From positions 42,206,247 through 42,226,246 of the forward strand of contig CP154954.1 of NCBI GenBank assembly GCA_039621445.1: a stretch of DNA of 20,000 nucleotides. The letters run 5' to 3'. The translations under genes were made by a program, and so were the position numbers. Shown here one piece after another: positions 11,001 through 19,816 of the stretch; position 1 is the first letter of the stretch; every line of letters begins with the position of its first letter. The notes below the pieces were generated by a model. That model was given only the letters and a program-made list of their open reading frames with translations, was not told where the DNA came from and ran no database searches. The stretch comes from Euglena gracilis. Lineage: Eukaryota.

Positions 11001-11758
11001 TTCTGTGAGGGCCGCCCCACCGACGGCGGAGCTGGGGCTCTCCCCCGTCGCATACGACGCTGCCGGTCCTCCGCCCCCGGACCCCACAACCTCTGCAGAC
11101 CCCAGCTCCCCAGCCAGGCAGGGACTGCTGTGCGGGCTGCCCCCCTCCCATGGAGCGCACTGCTGCGCGCTGTTTAGGCCAGAGTTCCGAGGTTCAGGGG
11201 CACAGGGCAAGAACCAGGGAGGCCCAGGAATGTGTCGAACGGGGGCCTTTTTTTGCATCAATTCCCAACTGCTCAACCTTTCATTGCGTTTTCGACAACG
11301 TTCAAATGGATATTTTCCCTCTGCATTGCATGGGTCAAAGCTGCTGATGAAGGATCCTTTGACGCTTTTCGGCAGGGGTCTCGCAGGGCAGGGTCGAAAT
11401 AATTTGGGATTTGCTCAAAATGAGGACATTGCACACTCGGGGCGATTATGAGGCAGTTACACCATCGGCAGTGATACAGTGAGGCAGTTCTTGCGCAGGA
11501 GAGTGCGTGGCCGTTCCCATCAGCTGAAAGGTATTTTGGAATCCATGATTCTGGAGGGGGCACAGCAGTACTTCCTGCCTTGTCTGCCCGTGCTTGTTTT
11601 GCTTGCGTGCACAGTTCAGTGCACACACATAACGTTCGGTGTGTTTTCTTTGTTTTTTTTTTTGGTTTTCCATCCACTGCAGGCAGGGACCCCCACAGGT
11701 CCCTGACGCCGACGACGCACCGTTGGTCCTCCTCACGGAGGCTTCCTCTGGTACTTGA
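823..11758 (+). CDS. 5'-partial multi-exon gene: receptor-type class III adenylyl/guanylyl cyclase-like protein (Cache-like domain, TM helix, cyclase domain)
   Basis: Predicted exons ~823-~930, ~1721-1887, 4347-4389, 4601-4726, 5193-5239, 5445-5584, 5929-6107, 6909-7016, 7280-7418, 7781-7885, 9866-9994, 11025-11115, 11711-11758 join into one stop-free frame. Motifs occur in the expected order: GDDYRPVLVISAY..LKV/DASEAEQP, a hydrophobic helix, FLDRMYPASVA, VVFADIHGFT, VKLVGDCYMAVAG, LRYGIATG, LDVWG..ME, PGRVLLC. Confidence 0.88.
927..1724 (+). other. Nonconventional intron 1 (exact ends ambiguous: 927-1724, 929-1720 or 932-1720 all keep frame)
   Basis: CCGCCC (930-935) pairs with GGGCGG (1714-1719). 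No AG at any of these candidate 3' ends. Confidence 0.6.
1721..1887 (+). CDS. Exon B, Cache-like segment (..AAAPILRALQGESGVTLGDDYRPVLVISAYTYLPALQAALELKV); start within 1721-1725
   Basis: RAL.G.SG....DYR...VI.AY........L.LKV resembles the C-terminal half of dCache-type domains (recognised by eye). High GC3. Confidence 0.8.
2896..3225 (-). pseudogene. Possible decayed non-LTR retrotransposon AP-endonuclease fragment
   Basis: Minus strand reads WTLHIGENKGF*YC*QIDRIYLL..VGLSEQLHFP, resembling the (W)T..RIDRI..SDHxP C-terminal motifs. Recognised by eye only. Confidence 0.3.
3751..3955. repeat. 30-bp minisatellite, about 7 units, palindromic
   Basis: Unit AAGTCCACTTTACCCCAAATGGACTTGGCC starting at 3751, 3781, 3812, 3842, 3872, 3902 and 3932. 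Confidence 0.95.
4347..4389 (+). CDS. Exon C, 43 nt (DASEAEQPSITVAS)
   Basis: Joining to exon B gives LKVDASEAEQP, matching the KxDxxExxxP end of Cache domains. The preceding intron's ends pair. Confidence 0.75.
4390..4600 (+). other. Nonconventional intron 3 (211 nt)
   Basis: C|G..C|G junctions. CAG-GCTGGGGTG pairs with CACCCCGGC-g-CTG, with the register shifted by one (+4/-7). Confidence 0.7.
4412..4478. repeat. Short dispersed repeat, copy 1, flanked by a 15-bp direct repeat
   Basis: AGTTGCACT.AGGCTTCTTGTC.GTTTATG..CGCTTCTGGCCCAGTTTG recurs at 6485-6546. CTGGGGTGCCCCCCC occurs at 4397-4411 and 4479-4493. Confidence 0.8.
4601..4726 (+). CDS. Exon D, transmembrane helix plus linker (RLALLCVEAAACCLVALAFIIKAIVAWIEKVWAEGQRTVRDQ)
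   Basis: Hydrophobic stretch of ~20 aa followed by a charged helix, within ORF 4429..5313. Confidence 0.8.
4727..5192 (+). other. Nonconventional intron 4 (466 nt)
   Basis: gcc-GAGGCCG pairs with CGGCCTC-ccgcc; C|G..C|G junctions; +4/-6 register. Confidence 0.75.
4745..5007. repeat. ~260-nt interrupted poly(T) tract in intron 4
   Basis: Directly visible. Confidence 0.95.
5193..5239 (+). CDS. Exon E (RQQLLTFLDRMYPASV)
   Basis: Resembles the LL..MLP..VA segment that precedes class III cyclase domains. Both flanking introns show +4/-6 pairing. Confidence 0.82.
5240..5444 (+). other. Nonconventional intron 5 (205 nt), textbook CAG/CTG type
   Basis: T|ggcCAG..CTGccgtt|G, plus a perfect 9-bp pair GCCGGTCAC/GTGACCGGC. 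Confidence 0.88.
5445..5584 (+). CDS. Exon F, start of cyclase domain (ARDLIL..ASVVFADIHGFTSTCHRLTAQQL)
   Basis: FADIxGFT motif with the first metal-binding Asp at codon 5532. Confidence 0.92.
5585..5928 (+). other. Nonconventional intron 6 (344 nt); sliding 1 nt gives GC..AG ends
   Basis: ggc-CGGGG pairs with TCCCG-aggca (+4/-6). The join gives QQLMTFLG. Confidence 0.78.
5658..5720. repeat. (TG)n microsatellite
   Basis: Directly visible. Degenerate TG tracts also occur at ~7050-7207 and ~10771-10825. Confidence 0.97.
5929..6107 (+). CDS. Exon G (TFLGYTFSVMDVVA..RVKLVGDCYMAVAGLP..CAQVFSD)
   Basis: KxxGDCYM motif: Lys codon 5996, second metal-binding Asp codon 6008. Confidence 0.92.
6108..6908 (+). 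other. Nonconventional intron 7 (801 nt), reversed CTG/CAG stem
   Basis: C|ggcCTGCCCgCTGTGC pairs with GCACAG..GGGCAGcgggc|G. Confidence 0.78.
6485..6546. repeat. Short dispersed repeat, copy 2
   Basis: Closely similar to 4412-4468 apart from a short central indel; same left boundary. Confidence 0.8.
6909..7016 (+). CDS. Exon H, insertion within the cyclase domain (RYTHPLQNQATMDGLAALACNKGPWPDPWRTDSTTT)
   Basis: Upstream intron ends pair in the +4/-6 register. Downstream GTGAGA donor is phase-compatible with the CAG acceptor ending at 7279. Confidence 0.72.
7017..7279 (+). other. Conventional GT-AG intron 8 (263 nt)
   Basis: GTGAGA donor, pyrimidine-rich CAG acceptor, phase 1 on both sides. 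Confidence 0.75.
7280..7418 (+). CDS. Exon I (MALGEVK..PCVLRYGIATGRVTAGVLPGNT)
   Basis: RxGIxTGxVxAGV cyclase motif. Confidence 0.9.
7419..7780 (+). other. Nonconventional intron 9 (362 nt)
   Basis: GCCCCgGCG (7423-7431) pairs with CGCgGGGGC (7766-7774), i.e. +5/-7 on the same register. It restores motif spacing. Confidence 0.78.
7781..7885 (+). CDS. Exon J (PILDVWGKVVTFANQMERLSQPGRVLLCSQTYKSV)
   Basis: DVWG..V..A..ME....PGRV motif. The join gives GVLPGNTPILDVWG, the same spacing as canonical GVIGxxKPxYDIWG. Confidence 0.92.
8015..8055. repeat. (GACA)n microsatellite; related GACA/GACG run at ~9010-9045
   Basis: Directly visible on both sides of the 8130-8964 insertion. Confidence 0.93.
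8130..8964. mobile_element. Non-autonomous hAT-like TIR element (MITE), 835 bp, inside intron 10
   Basis: TIRs CAGGGCGTTGCTTA / TAAGCAACTCCCTG (13 of 14 match). Perfect 8-bp TSD ATGCATAC at 8122-8129 and 8965-8972. No transposase ORF. Confidence 0.88.
9866..9994 (+). CDS. Exon K (ADDVASHAFTFEDGPPLPARPSPSAAATSHFVRSARGLPPCL)
   Basis: FxFE..TxxFV-like end of the cyclase domain. Both flanking introns pair in the +4/-6 register and keep the frame. Confidence 0.78.
9995..11024 (+). other. Nonconventional intron 11 (1030 nt)
   Basis: T|gccTGGGGGGGCCC pairs with GGGCCGCCCCAccgac|G (10 of 11 positions). Confidence 0.7.
10555..10748. mobile_element. Possible degenerate MITE in intron 11
   Basis: GGGCTGTACAGGA at the left is nearly complementary to TCCCGTACAGCCCTG at the right. 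No TSD found. Confidence 0.4.
11025..11115 (+). CDS. Exon L (AELGLSPVAYDAAGPPPPDPTTSADPSSPA)
   Basis: Defined by stems of both flanking introns and by frame continuity; no protein motif. Confidence 0.62.
11116..11710 (+). other. Nonconventional intron 12 (595 nt)
   Basis: C|aggCAGGGACtgCTGTG pairs with CACAG-GTCCCTGacgcc|G. Confidence 0.62.
11711..11758 (+). CDS. Probable last exon M (DDAPLVLLTEASSGT*)
   Basis: Follows a GTCCCTG-acgcc intron end complementary to CAGGGAC at 11119. Phase 0, ending at TGA 11756-11758. Confidence 0.55.
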   Translation, partial: DDAPLVLLTEASSGT

Positions 11759-14700
11759 CCAGCGTGTCAAATAGCCACCCACCAGTCGGCCGGGCGTGTT
11801 TTCTGACACAGGTGAGAGAGTCAGGGTGGAGAGCCTGGCCTTTCCCCTCAGGCCACAGTGTCTCTCAGGCTTGCTCACCCAGGAGCCCCAACCCACCATC
11901 ATTTCCGGGCTGTGGCGTCCCTCAGAGAGCGCCCGGAGCCCACCCTTCCCTCCTCCCCACGTTTCCACCGCCTGATCCCTTTCCTCCTCTGGGTCTGGAT
12001 GGGCCGAGGGAAGCCCCCTTTGCCTCGCAACGCATCCTGCATGACGTAGCACCTTCGAACCAGGTCTTCCCCACCTGCCAGCTTTTTGTTATTCCGGCGG
12101 GGTGTTTCCTGGCTTTCCATGTCTGGCTGATGGAGGGTGCTTGAAGACACGTTATCGGAGGTGACATTTCCTTTGAAGGCAGCAGCCCATATGCCAGTGT
12201 GCTGTGGTATTTTGAAGGCTCCAGCTCGCTCCAGGGAAACACCTTAATTGGTTCAGCTTGACAGTTTATTTGGGAAAATTGAAACGCAGCTTTTTTAAAA
12301 AAAAAAAAAGTGTTTAAGGGGTCAGGTGTTGGTTTTCACGTGATGGTGCGGCGTTGCTGGAGCGGGCAAATGCAGAGTGATGGAATGCGTCCTGGGGGGG
12401 GGGGGGGCGCAGCGCTCCTCCCGGCGCTCCTCCTGGAGCGGGGGGACAGATGGAGGCGGCGGGGGCAGCCCTGGGTGTCGGGGCCGCGGCCACTTTGTTT
12501 GCATCGCATGCAAACCCCCGCCACTGCCGGGCCCCTCGCCCCTTTCCCCTCCGTTAACCTTGGCCCGGCCCCCGTCCCGGCCTACCCCCCCCCCCCCCCC
12601 CCCCCTAAACCCCAAATATAAATCCCAAATTTGGATCCCAAACTAAGATAAATAAGAATAAAAGGCAACATACAAACCTCCCTGATTTGGCGACCAAAAA
12701 TAATCCCCTCTTGGAAGCGCCGATAGCTGGATCGCGAACGTTGAGGGGTGGGATGTCACGGGAGGTTGGTCTGTGGGAGGTGGGTGCCGCGGCCGGCCGT
12801 GGCCCAACCACGGCGAATTTTGGCTTTCAAAATTTTCTTTTGGTTAGGCCAAAAGAAAAGAGGAAACCCAACGTCGAGAGACAGCAAAATTCCTGAAAAT
12901 GTATGATTTTGTTACAGTTTTTAGCAATTCATTGGACTTTACATTTTTTGCTCCAAAAATGGTGACCAACTAGAATTTTGCTTGAAAAAATGGTGAATTT
13001 GGGCGAGATGAGGGCAAATTTGGAAACATCATGCTTTCAGCCACAGAGAACTCCTGGGGGGTTTCGGTGCCAAGCGCCGGAAAACTTTTTTTTGGAATTG
13101 CCTTGGAATTCCGATTCGGGAAATCCCCGGGGGGGGACTGAGCCCGCGAAGCCCGTCACGCAGTCAAACGCTCTGCTCCCCCGAGGATGCGGCCTGCCCC
13201 CGGCACTGCCTCCCCCGCATCGCCCTCTGTAGAGTACGCACAGAGCGCCCGACCACTTGTCACGCGCTCCAACACTTTGCCTTCTCACTGGTGTTTTTTT
13301 GGCCCCACCTGCCGCCGCCGCGCGATGGCATCCGGCCGGGAGCCAGGCCTGTGGCGGGACGACACTGTGGATGTGCAATTTTCCCGGATTGTGTTGCACA
13401 GCAGGGGTTGGTTTGAAGCCAGAGGGAACCCTACCCACCAGGGGGTCCAGCCATCCAGCACTTTTTCCCCGGCCCGCACCTCCCAGATGGGCTGCGGAGG
13501 TGAAAAATGCCCAAAATAGGGCATTTTTTGGGTGGTTTTTGGTTTTTCACCTCTAAATTTGGTTGAAAAAACGGCAACTCAGTTGGATTTGGTCTTTTCC
13601 TTTTTTTTTGTACCTGCCGAGTCCAGCTCCTAGCCCGGTCCCCCCCGAACCCCCACCCCTTTGGGGGGGGGGGGGCAGCAAGCACCTTTTTTTCCAGCCA
13701 GCACCTCTTTCCAGCTGTCCCGCAGGACCCTGGAACGTCAGTAACTGGAGGGGCTGATGTGGTTTGACACACACAAATGCGGAAATCCTTTCCTCCATTT
13801 GTTCCCGCCCTAATCACTTTCTCTGGCAAAATGAAAATGCCTTCAAGGCCGGGCTGAACAGCTGGCTGTGCTGGCAGGTGAGTGAATCCATAGAAACAGT
13901 CCAATTGCTCCCTGAAAGGAGTGCCCCGAGGAAGTGGAATGGCTTGCATCATACTGGTGGGTGTCGGGATAATCTGTGGGTTTGCTGGTGCCGGGAACGA
14001 TAGTTTCCAGGGCAGGACCCTGACAGGCTTTTGGAAACGACAAGCCAAGCCAAGGCCAAGGCCAGCCAAGGCCACCGCCATACTCCCCCCCCCCTGGTCC
14101 CCGTCCTGCTTACATGCAAACTTGGCCCCCCTGAAGCTGGCCTTTGGCCTTCTGCATATGGCGACCAAAATTTTTAACGTGCAAATTTAGCCCCCAAAGA
14201 TTGGCCCCCAAGCATCCCGGGGGGGGGGGGAGGGTGCCAAAGGCACTCTCGTTTCCCGGAATGGAAACGGCGTGATCCCGTCTTTTCCCGACCTGCCGAC
14301 GATGAAGTGGACCTGCCCTCGTCACCCACGCTCGCTGTGATGGGGGACGCTGACCCCCTGTTGTGTCGATTCAGGTCACCCCGTCCCCCGGCCCCCGCAG
14401 ACGGCTTTCTTCCCTTCCCTTCCCCCCTCTCCCTCCGCCCAGCACCGATGCTTTTCCCATATACCAGCCTGGCTCCCTACCCAGGCTGCGCCAACCCCCC
14501 CTCCCTCCCCTCCCTCCTCCCCCAGGGAATTTGTTTCACTGGAGATCACAGGCAGCATTTTCTTGTTTCCCCAGCCAGCTGCTCTCGCTGGGCTGCAACC
14601 CCCCAGGTCAACAGAAATAATGTTGCCCCCTTCGCTTGATGGAAGTACAGGTGCGCTTATAGCGGACCACGGCCTCCGGCGGCAGGGGGGGGCATTTCTA

Positions 14701-15004
14701 TTTGGGCCCCACCTGCGTGATTTTTGTTGATTTTCTTTGGAAACCCCAGCAAAATGAGGTTGCACTTGTGGTGGCCTGCCACCTTCGGTGGCGGGGGTCC
14801 GCTTTTGTTTGGACCATGGCGGACCTGTGCTTCTATTAGGGGGTATTAGGGGGGTATGGGCACGAGACACCAGGAAAATAAACAAAAGAATGGCTGTTTC
14901 TCGTAATCTTGGCTGAAAAGTCCTTACCCAGCTTTGATTTGGGCTTTTTTACCAGTCGTCGGGTTGCCAGTTTTCAGGAACCAGCTGGGTTCAGCATACA
15001 ATCA

Positions 15005-15290
15005 CCAGTCACTGTCCCCCCCCCCCCGGATGGGTGATTGGTTTTTTTTTCAGAGTGACTGGCTGAGGGACAGGCATGGACCCTGCTTCCCGGGGGGGGG
15101 GGGGGGGTTAAAAAATGCCTCAAGTGACCCGGCGCCGAAGGCTCTGGAAATCCTTTCGCCTTTTTCATGTTTGTGGTCAAATTTCCTTTGGATTACGGAG
15201 TGGCTGCCCCCCTCCCCCAGGGGGGGAGTGACTGACTGGTTTTCTGGAAAACAGTGACTGACTGGTTTTTGAAAGAGTGGGAGTGACTCC
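15005..15290. repeat. Cluster of GTGACTG(ACT)GG motifs in both orientations, probably a TIR-element remnant
   Basis: CCAGTCAC at 15005; GTGACTGG or GTGACTGACTGG at ~15055, 15228 and 15254, between C and G runs. Termini not resolved. Confidence 0.45.
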
Positions 15291-17639
15291 CCCCCACCAG
15301 GGGTCGGTAACAATTTTTGTATGCCCCCAAGGGGCATCGGTCCAGCCAGCACCTTGCTTCAAATTCCCTGACACCCCCCCCCCCCGACCCTCCTCATCCC
15401 TAACCCGCAGAATTGCACTGCCCAGGCCCACCCCCTCGAGTTGGCTCTGGCCTGGCAACAGCTATTGCGGCAAACGGGCTGCAAGGTTGGAAGGCGGAAG
15501 GGGGGAGCGCATTTCTTGGGGCATGGCCATGCTGGGAGTTCTGCGCACAGCAAAGCGGGGGCGAAGTTTTCTCTCTTGACTGAAGGGGGGGGGCTCCAAG
15601 TTTTTCGATGGGCATGAATCATGCTCCTTGGCATTAGCCCGCCAGGCCACCCTGCCTGGCCTGGAAAGCCTGGCCTGGCTGGAAAGGCGCACACGGCACC
15701 TTTCAACTCACCTCTCCCCCCTTCCTGGCAGTTTGCCAACCCCCACCCTTTTCCCCGCTGCTGTTTTGTTTTGGAAAAAGGCCAAATGCGTCCGGGATGG
15801 GGGGATCACGCTTATTGCTTTTGTTGCATGGAAACGCAAGTAGGTGCCCAAGCCAGAATTTCTGGGCAACGGAAAAAGCATCGTCAGCAGTGCGGGGCCG
15901 TTTGGGGGCCCCACATTGCTGGTCTGCAGTGGGACAGCGGAAGCAACCCCCCATGGCCGGCTGCATTTGACTGCCCGGCACCTTTCCGATAACCCGCGCC
16001 GCCGGGCTGGACGCTGGGCGGGAGTGGCCCTGGCAGCCACTCAGCATCCCAGTGCCCTGGCCTCTCAGCGCCCCGAGGAGGACAGCGCCGCTGCCACCGC
16101 CAGCCGTTCATCCCGGGCACCGCTGTGACAGGCGTGGACCGCGCCCGGTCAGTGCTGCCGGGGCCGGCAAATTATCCCCAGACAACGTTGCACTGCTCCA
16201 AAGCTTTGTAAACCCGAGCACCTTTGCAGGGGGTGGTGGGACGTTAAGTGTGTCCTTTACCTGCAATTGCAGGGGGCAACTTGCTTGGGAGGTCACTTCT
16301 CGCCGAACCAAGCCGTCCTTCTTTTAACTTGGTGGACCCCCCCCGGGACGGTGGGGGGGTCCTGCAACAAGGAGCCGGGGCAAACCTCAAGCATTGTAAG
16401 GCGCCAGAAATTTTTTAGACATTTCCTGCAACATGGCCCGTTGTTTTATGGGGTATGGGGATTTGCGCCACCTTGGGTAGGTGGCGCCCTCCAGGGTCTA
16501 GTTGAACATCTGACCACGATGAAAAAGGGGTTTTTTTTGACTGCTGATCGAAGGACGACGCTATCCATTACCCCAAAACCTGGGACACGGCAGGGCGCGG
16601 GCTGAAAGTTTCTTGTTTGTCCATGCCCTCCTCCTCCTCCCCTTCCCTTTTTCCTTTCCTCTCCGCTCCGGTGTCCCCCCAGCCTCACCCAGCCCTCCCT
16701 CACAATACACCGAGGCCACCATCGAGTTGGTGCCTGGCCGCCACGCGCGACATTGCCGCCACATCACAACCCACACTGTAACCCTGCACATTATCTCTTT
16801 ACCACATGCACTCTGGTGAGTGCCGTCTCTCTCTTTTGAATTGGTGTTGCTGGGGGAACTCATTTGGGGGGGAACTCCTTACCGACGCGAGAGTGTGTGC
16901 TTGTGGGGGAAGTGTGTTGTCAGTCGGTGTGGTGCGTGATTGGAAGTTTGCTTCCGATTTTTTTTGTGCAAGCATGAAATGCACGATGTCTCATGGTTTC
17001 CCCCAGAAAAGAATAAAAGTTACAGGAATAAATTTGCAACAAGTTTCAATTCAATTTCAACCCCTTTTGGGAGTTGAGGTTTTTTCAGTCCAAGCACCAA
17101 ATCTTCATTTACCACAGGGACAAGGTGGGTGGTGCCGATCCTCAAAAACTCCGGTTTGGGTTTCAGAAGCTTTCTTCTCTCAGCTAGCCCTGTGCAAAGG
17201 CCCTGCATCCTGGAGCTATTGAGAGTCCACTGTGACCACACCGAATCTCCCTCCGAAGCTTTACCACGTCCACAATCAAGGCGGTGGTAGTTTGCAAGCA
17301 CCCGACAAGTTTTGACAGATTGTTCATCCTGGTCCACGCCGTCATCTCCTGCTGGGTTTCTCGCCATATCCCTCGCCGCTCAGTCAAACTGCCCACTTCC
17401 ACCTCACCTAAACAGCACCCCCAACACCACCTAACACCGCAAACCACGCAACCGGCCACACAGACTCCAGGGACACGAAACCCTGCTCAGAACCCGACGC
17501 TCACAGCACAGACAGCCACCCTTCAAACGGGTGTACGGGTTTTGGGTAGGGTAGGGTAGGGTAGGGTGTCCCCCCAGCCACCCTTCCTGGGCCGGGGGGG
17601 GGGTCCTACCCCCCCACTGCCATCGTATATCGAACCCTG

Positions 17640-17675
17640 CTTCCTCCTCCCACCGCCTCCTGTCACTCCCCACAG
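17640..17675 (+). promoter_or_regulatory. Putative spliced-leader trans-splice (or cis) acceptor
   Basis: Pyrimidine-rich run ending in CCCCACAG, 37 nt before the ATG. SL trans-splicing is established in Euglenozoa. Confidence 0.45.
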
Positions 17676-17712
17676 ACCCGGCCCGCCCCCCCCACCCGAA
17701 GCCACCCACACC

Positions 17713-17840
17713 ATGTACGGCTCTGTGCCCGCGGACCAGGTGGCGCCGGACCCCCGGCCGAGGGACGGCGCCGAGGGGCAGGGGCTGCTGCGCGGCCAGC
17801 CCCAGCCCCGGCCCACGGCCCCAGTGGTCCTGTTCTGCGC
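17713..17840 (+). CDS. Probable first coding exon of a second gene (MYGSVPADQVAPDPRPRDGAEGQGLLRGQPQPRPTAPVVLFC..); 3' end approximate
   Basis: ACC-ATG context, high GC3, and an upstream pyrimidine tract ending in CAG. Confidence 0.55.
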
Positions 17841-19350
17841 GACTCGCTGGCGGGGGGTTGGGCACCTGCTTCCTCCTGGTAGCGGGAGGGGAGGGCACGG
17901 CCGAAGCCCCCCCGAACCAGCGGAGAGAAAAAGAGGGCCCACCGGCCACCCAGTTCCCTTCCTATCTGTGTAACCCCCCCCTCGAAGGTCCGCTGGGACT
18001 TGCCCTCCTGGTAGGAAAAGGAAAGTGGGGGCTGTTGTTGACTTGCCAGGGGTGTTTTTTTTTAAAAAAAAGAAAATGCCCCCCCCCTCCCATGTCCAAC
18101 ACCACCCCCCCCCGGTCGGAGCCCCCTTTCGGGCGGAGGGCATCTTTACGGGGTTTGACAAATTTTTGGTCCCGGTGCTCTGGCCAAAAGTTTTGCGCTG
18201 AGAATCAGCCAATATCGGTCAAAATGTCATTTTTGGAACTTTTTGAGCAAAAATTTGTCAAAATTGCCCAAAATTTTCGGCGCGAAGCGCCAGAAGGGAA
18301 ATTTGGCCTTTTTTTCGGGGGGGGGGGTCCCCGGGTGCCCTCAGATGATTTTTTGGACCCTTGTCCTCCCGATCGGAAACAGAGGTTACCGAATCGTTGG
18401 ACAAAAAAATTGTGTAAAATAATCACATGCAAGAAGATGGCACGCATAGTATGTATGTGTTTTGTTTTAAGAAAACAACGGCCCCCCAAAAAACAAAGCT
18501 GACGGGGCACACCCTGCAAGCCAAGCCCCACTGACCATGGCAGGGGACCCTCGTACTTTACCCCACTCTCCTGCAGCCGCCCCCAAGATCCCAACCAGCC
18601 CCCGGTTCCCCTCCCACACCCGACGGAATTTGGGTAGTGACTTCGTGACATTGGTTCCATACTCCCGACTTTATGCTCGTCCACGTGAAGGAGCTGACCT
18701 TGCCCATACACATGCATCCCCCCGCCCCTGGCCCCCGCCCAGCCCCTACCGCGGCTCATGGCGGCATCAGAGGTCCCCTTGTCGTATCTCGGTTCCGAAC
18801 AGCTGTTCGACGCGTGCGTCCTGGCATCCCTTTGTAGGTCAACTGATTCTCCGTCAGAAATGGAGGGCAGGCCCCGCCGTTGGGGCTGCCTCGGGCCTGC
18901 CCCACCCCCCATCTCAGTCTTGCTTGTCTACCACACTCCACGGCTCAGCTTGCCTCCGGGTGCCCTGTCTCACCGTGCGGCTCAACCTGCACCCAGACAG
19001 ACACTGGAGGGGTGGGCTGGGGCGCCGGCTTTTTTGCCCCCCAAGCACTGGGAAGCCCCCGCTGCCGAAGGGCAACCTGGACATCAATGGGGAGTGCCGG
19101 GACCGCGGGGAGTTCGGGTGGACGGCGTGTTCGAGAACCACGCGACTCCCCGTGTGGGTGGCCGGCATCGGGCCGCCCCACCTACCACGCCGGACCCGCC
19201 ATCACCGGCTAGGCTGCGACTGCCAGCGACAGCAGCCTGCCATAGCACCTCCTGTCCGAAACCAAAAAAGGGAAAAAAGAGAAAAAGAGAGAGAACGGTG
19301 CATTCCCCAAAACATTCATTGTTGTGACCTTGGACAGGTGCCCCAGGGAG

Positions 19351-19816
19351 CAGGGGGGGGGGGAAATGCAACTTGCATAATTTGCATTTTTTTGCATAAT
19401 CGGCTTTTCCCGAAATTTGCATTTTTTTGCATTTTTTTGCATTTTTTTGCATAAAATATTTTCCCTGTAAATTTTTTTTTAAATTTGGGTTTTGTTAGTT
19501 TTTTTGGAATTTTTTTGCATATTTTTGCATTTTCTACATAAAATATTTTGCCCTGGAAAGAAATTTTGTTGTTGGTTGCCATATTTATGGATTTTTTTTG
19601 CATTTCTTTGCATTTTTTTTGCATAAAATATTTTGCCCTGGAAATTTTTTTTGATCTTAGGCAGCAAAGCTCGGTTATCCCTTCCGACCCAGCTTTTTCT
19701 CATGTTTTTCATGCAAGTTGCATTTTTTTGCATTTTTTTTGCATTTTTTTGCATTTTTTTGCATTTTTTTGACTTGCATAATTTGAAGGGCCCAGTTGCA
19801 TTTTTTCCCCCCCCTG
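19351..19816. mobile_element. MITE with CAGGG termini and internal T(n)GCA arrays
   Basis: CAG(G)nAAATGCAACT / AGTTGCA(T)n(C)nTG inverted ends. CAGGGAG directly repeated at 19344-19350 and 19817-19823 (7 bp). Three internal copies of CATAAAATATTTT(G/C)CCCTG. Confidence 0.8.

Noticed and set aside
13439-13732. Complete MITE with CAGGG..CCCTG ends
   Set aside because: TIR match is poor and there is no TSD; only shared internal motifs are noted.
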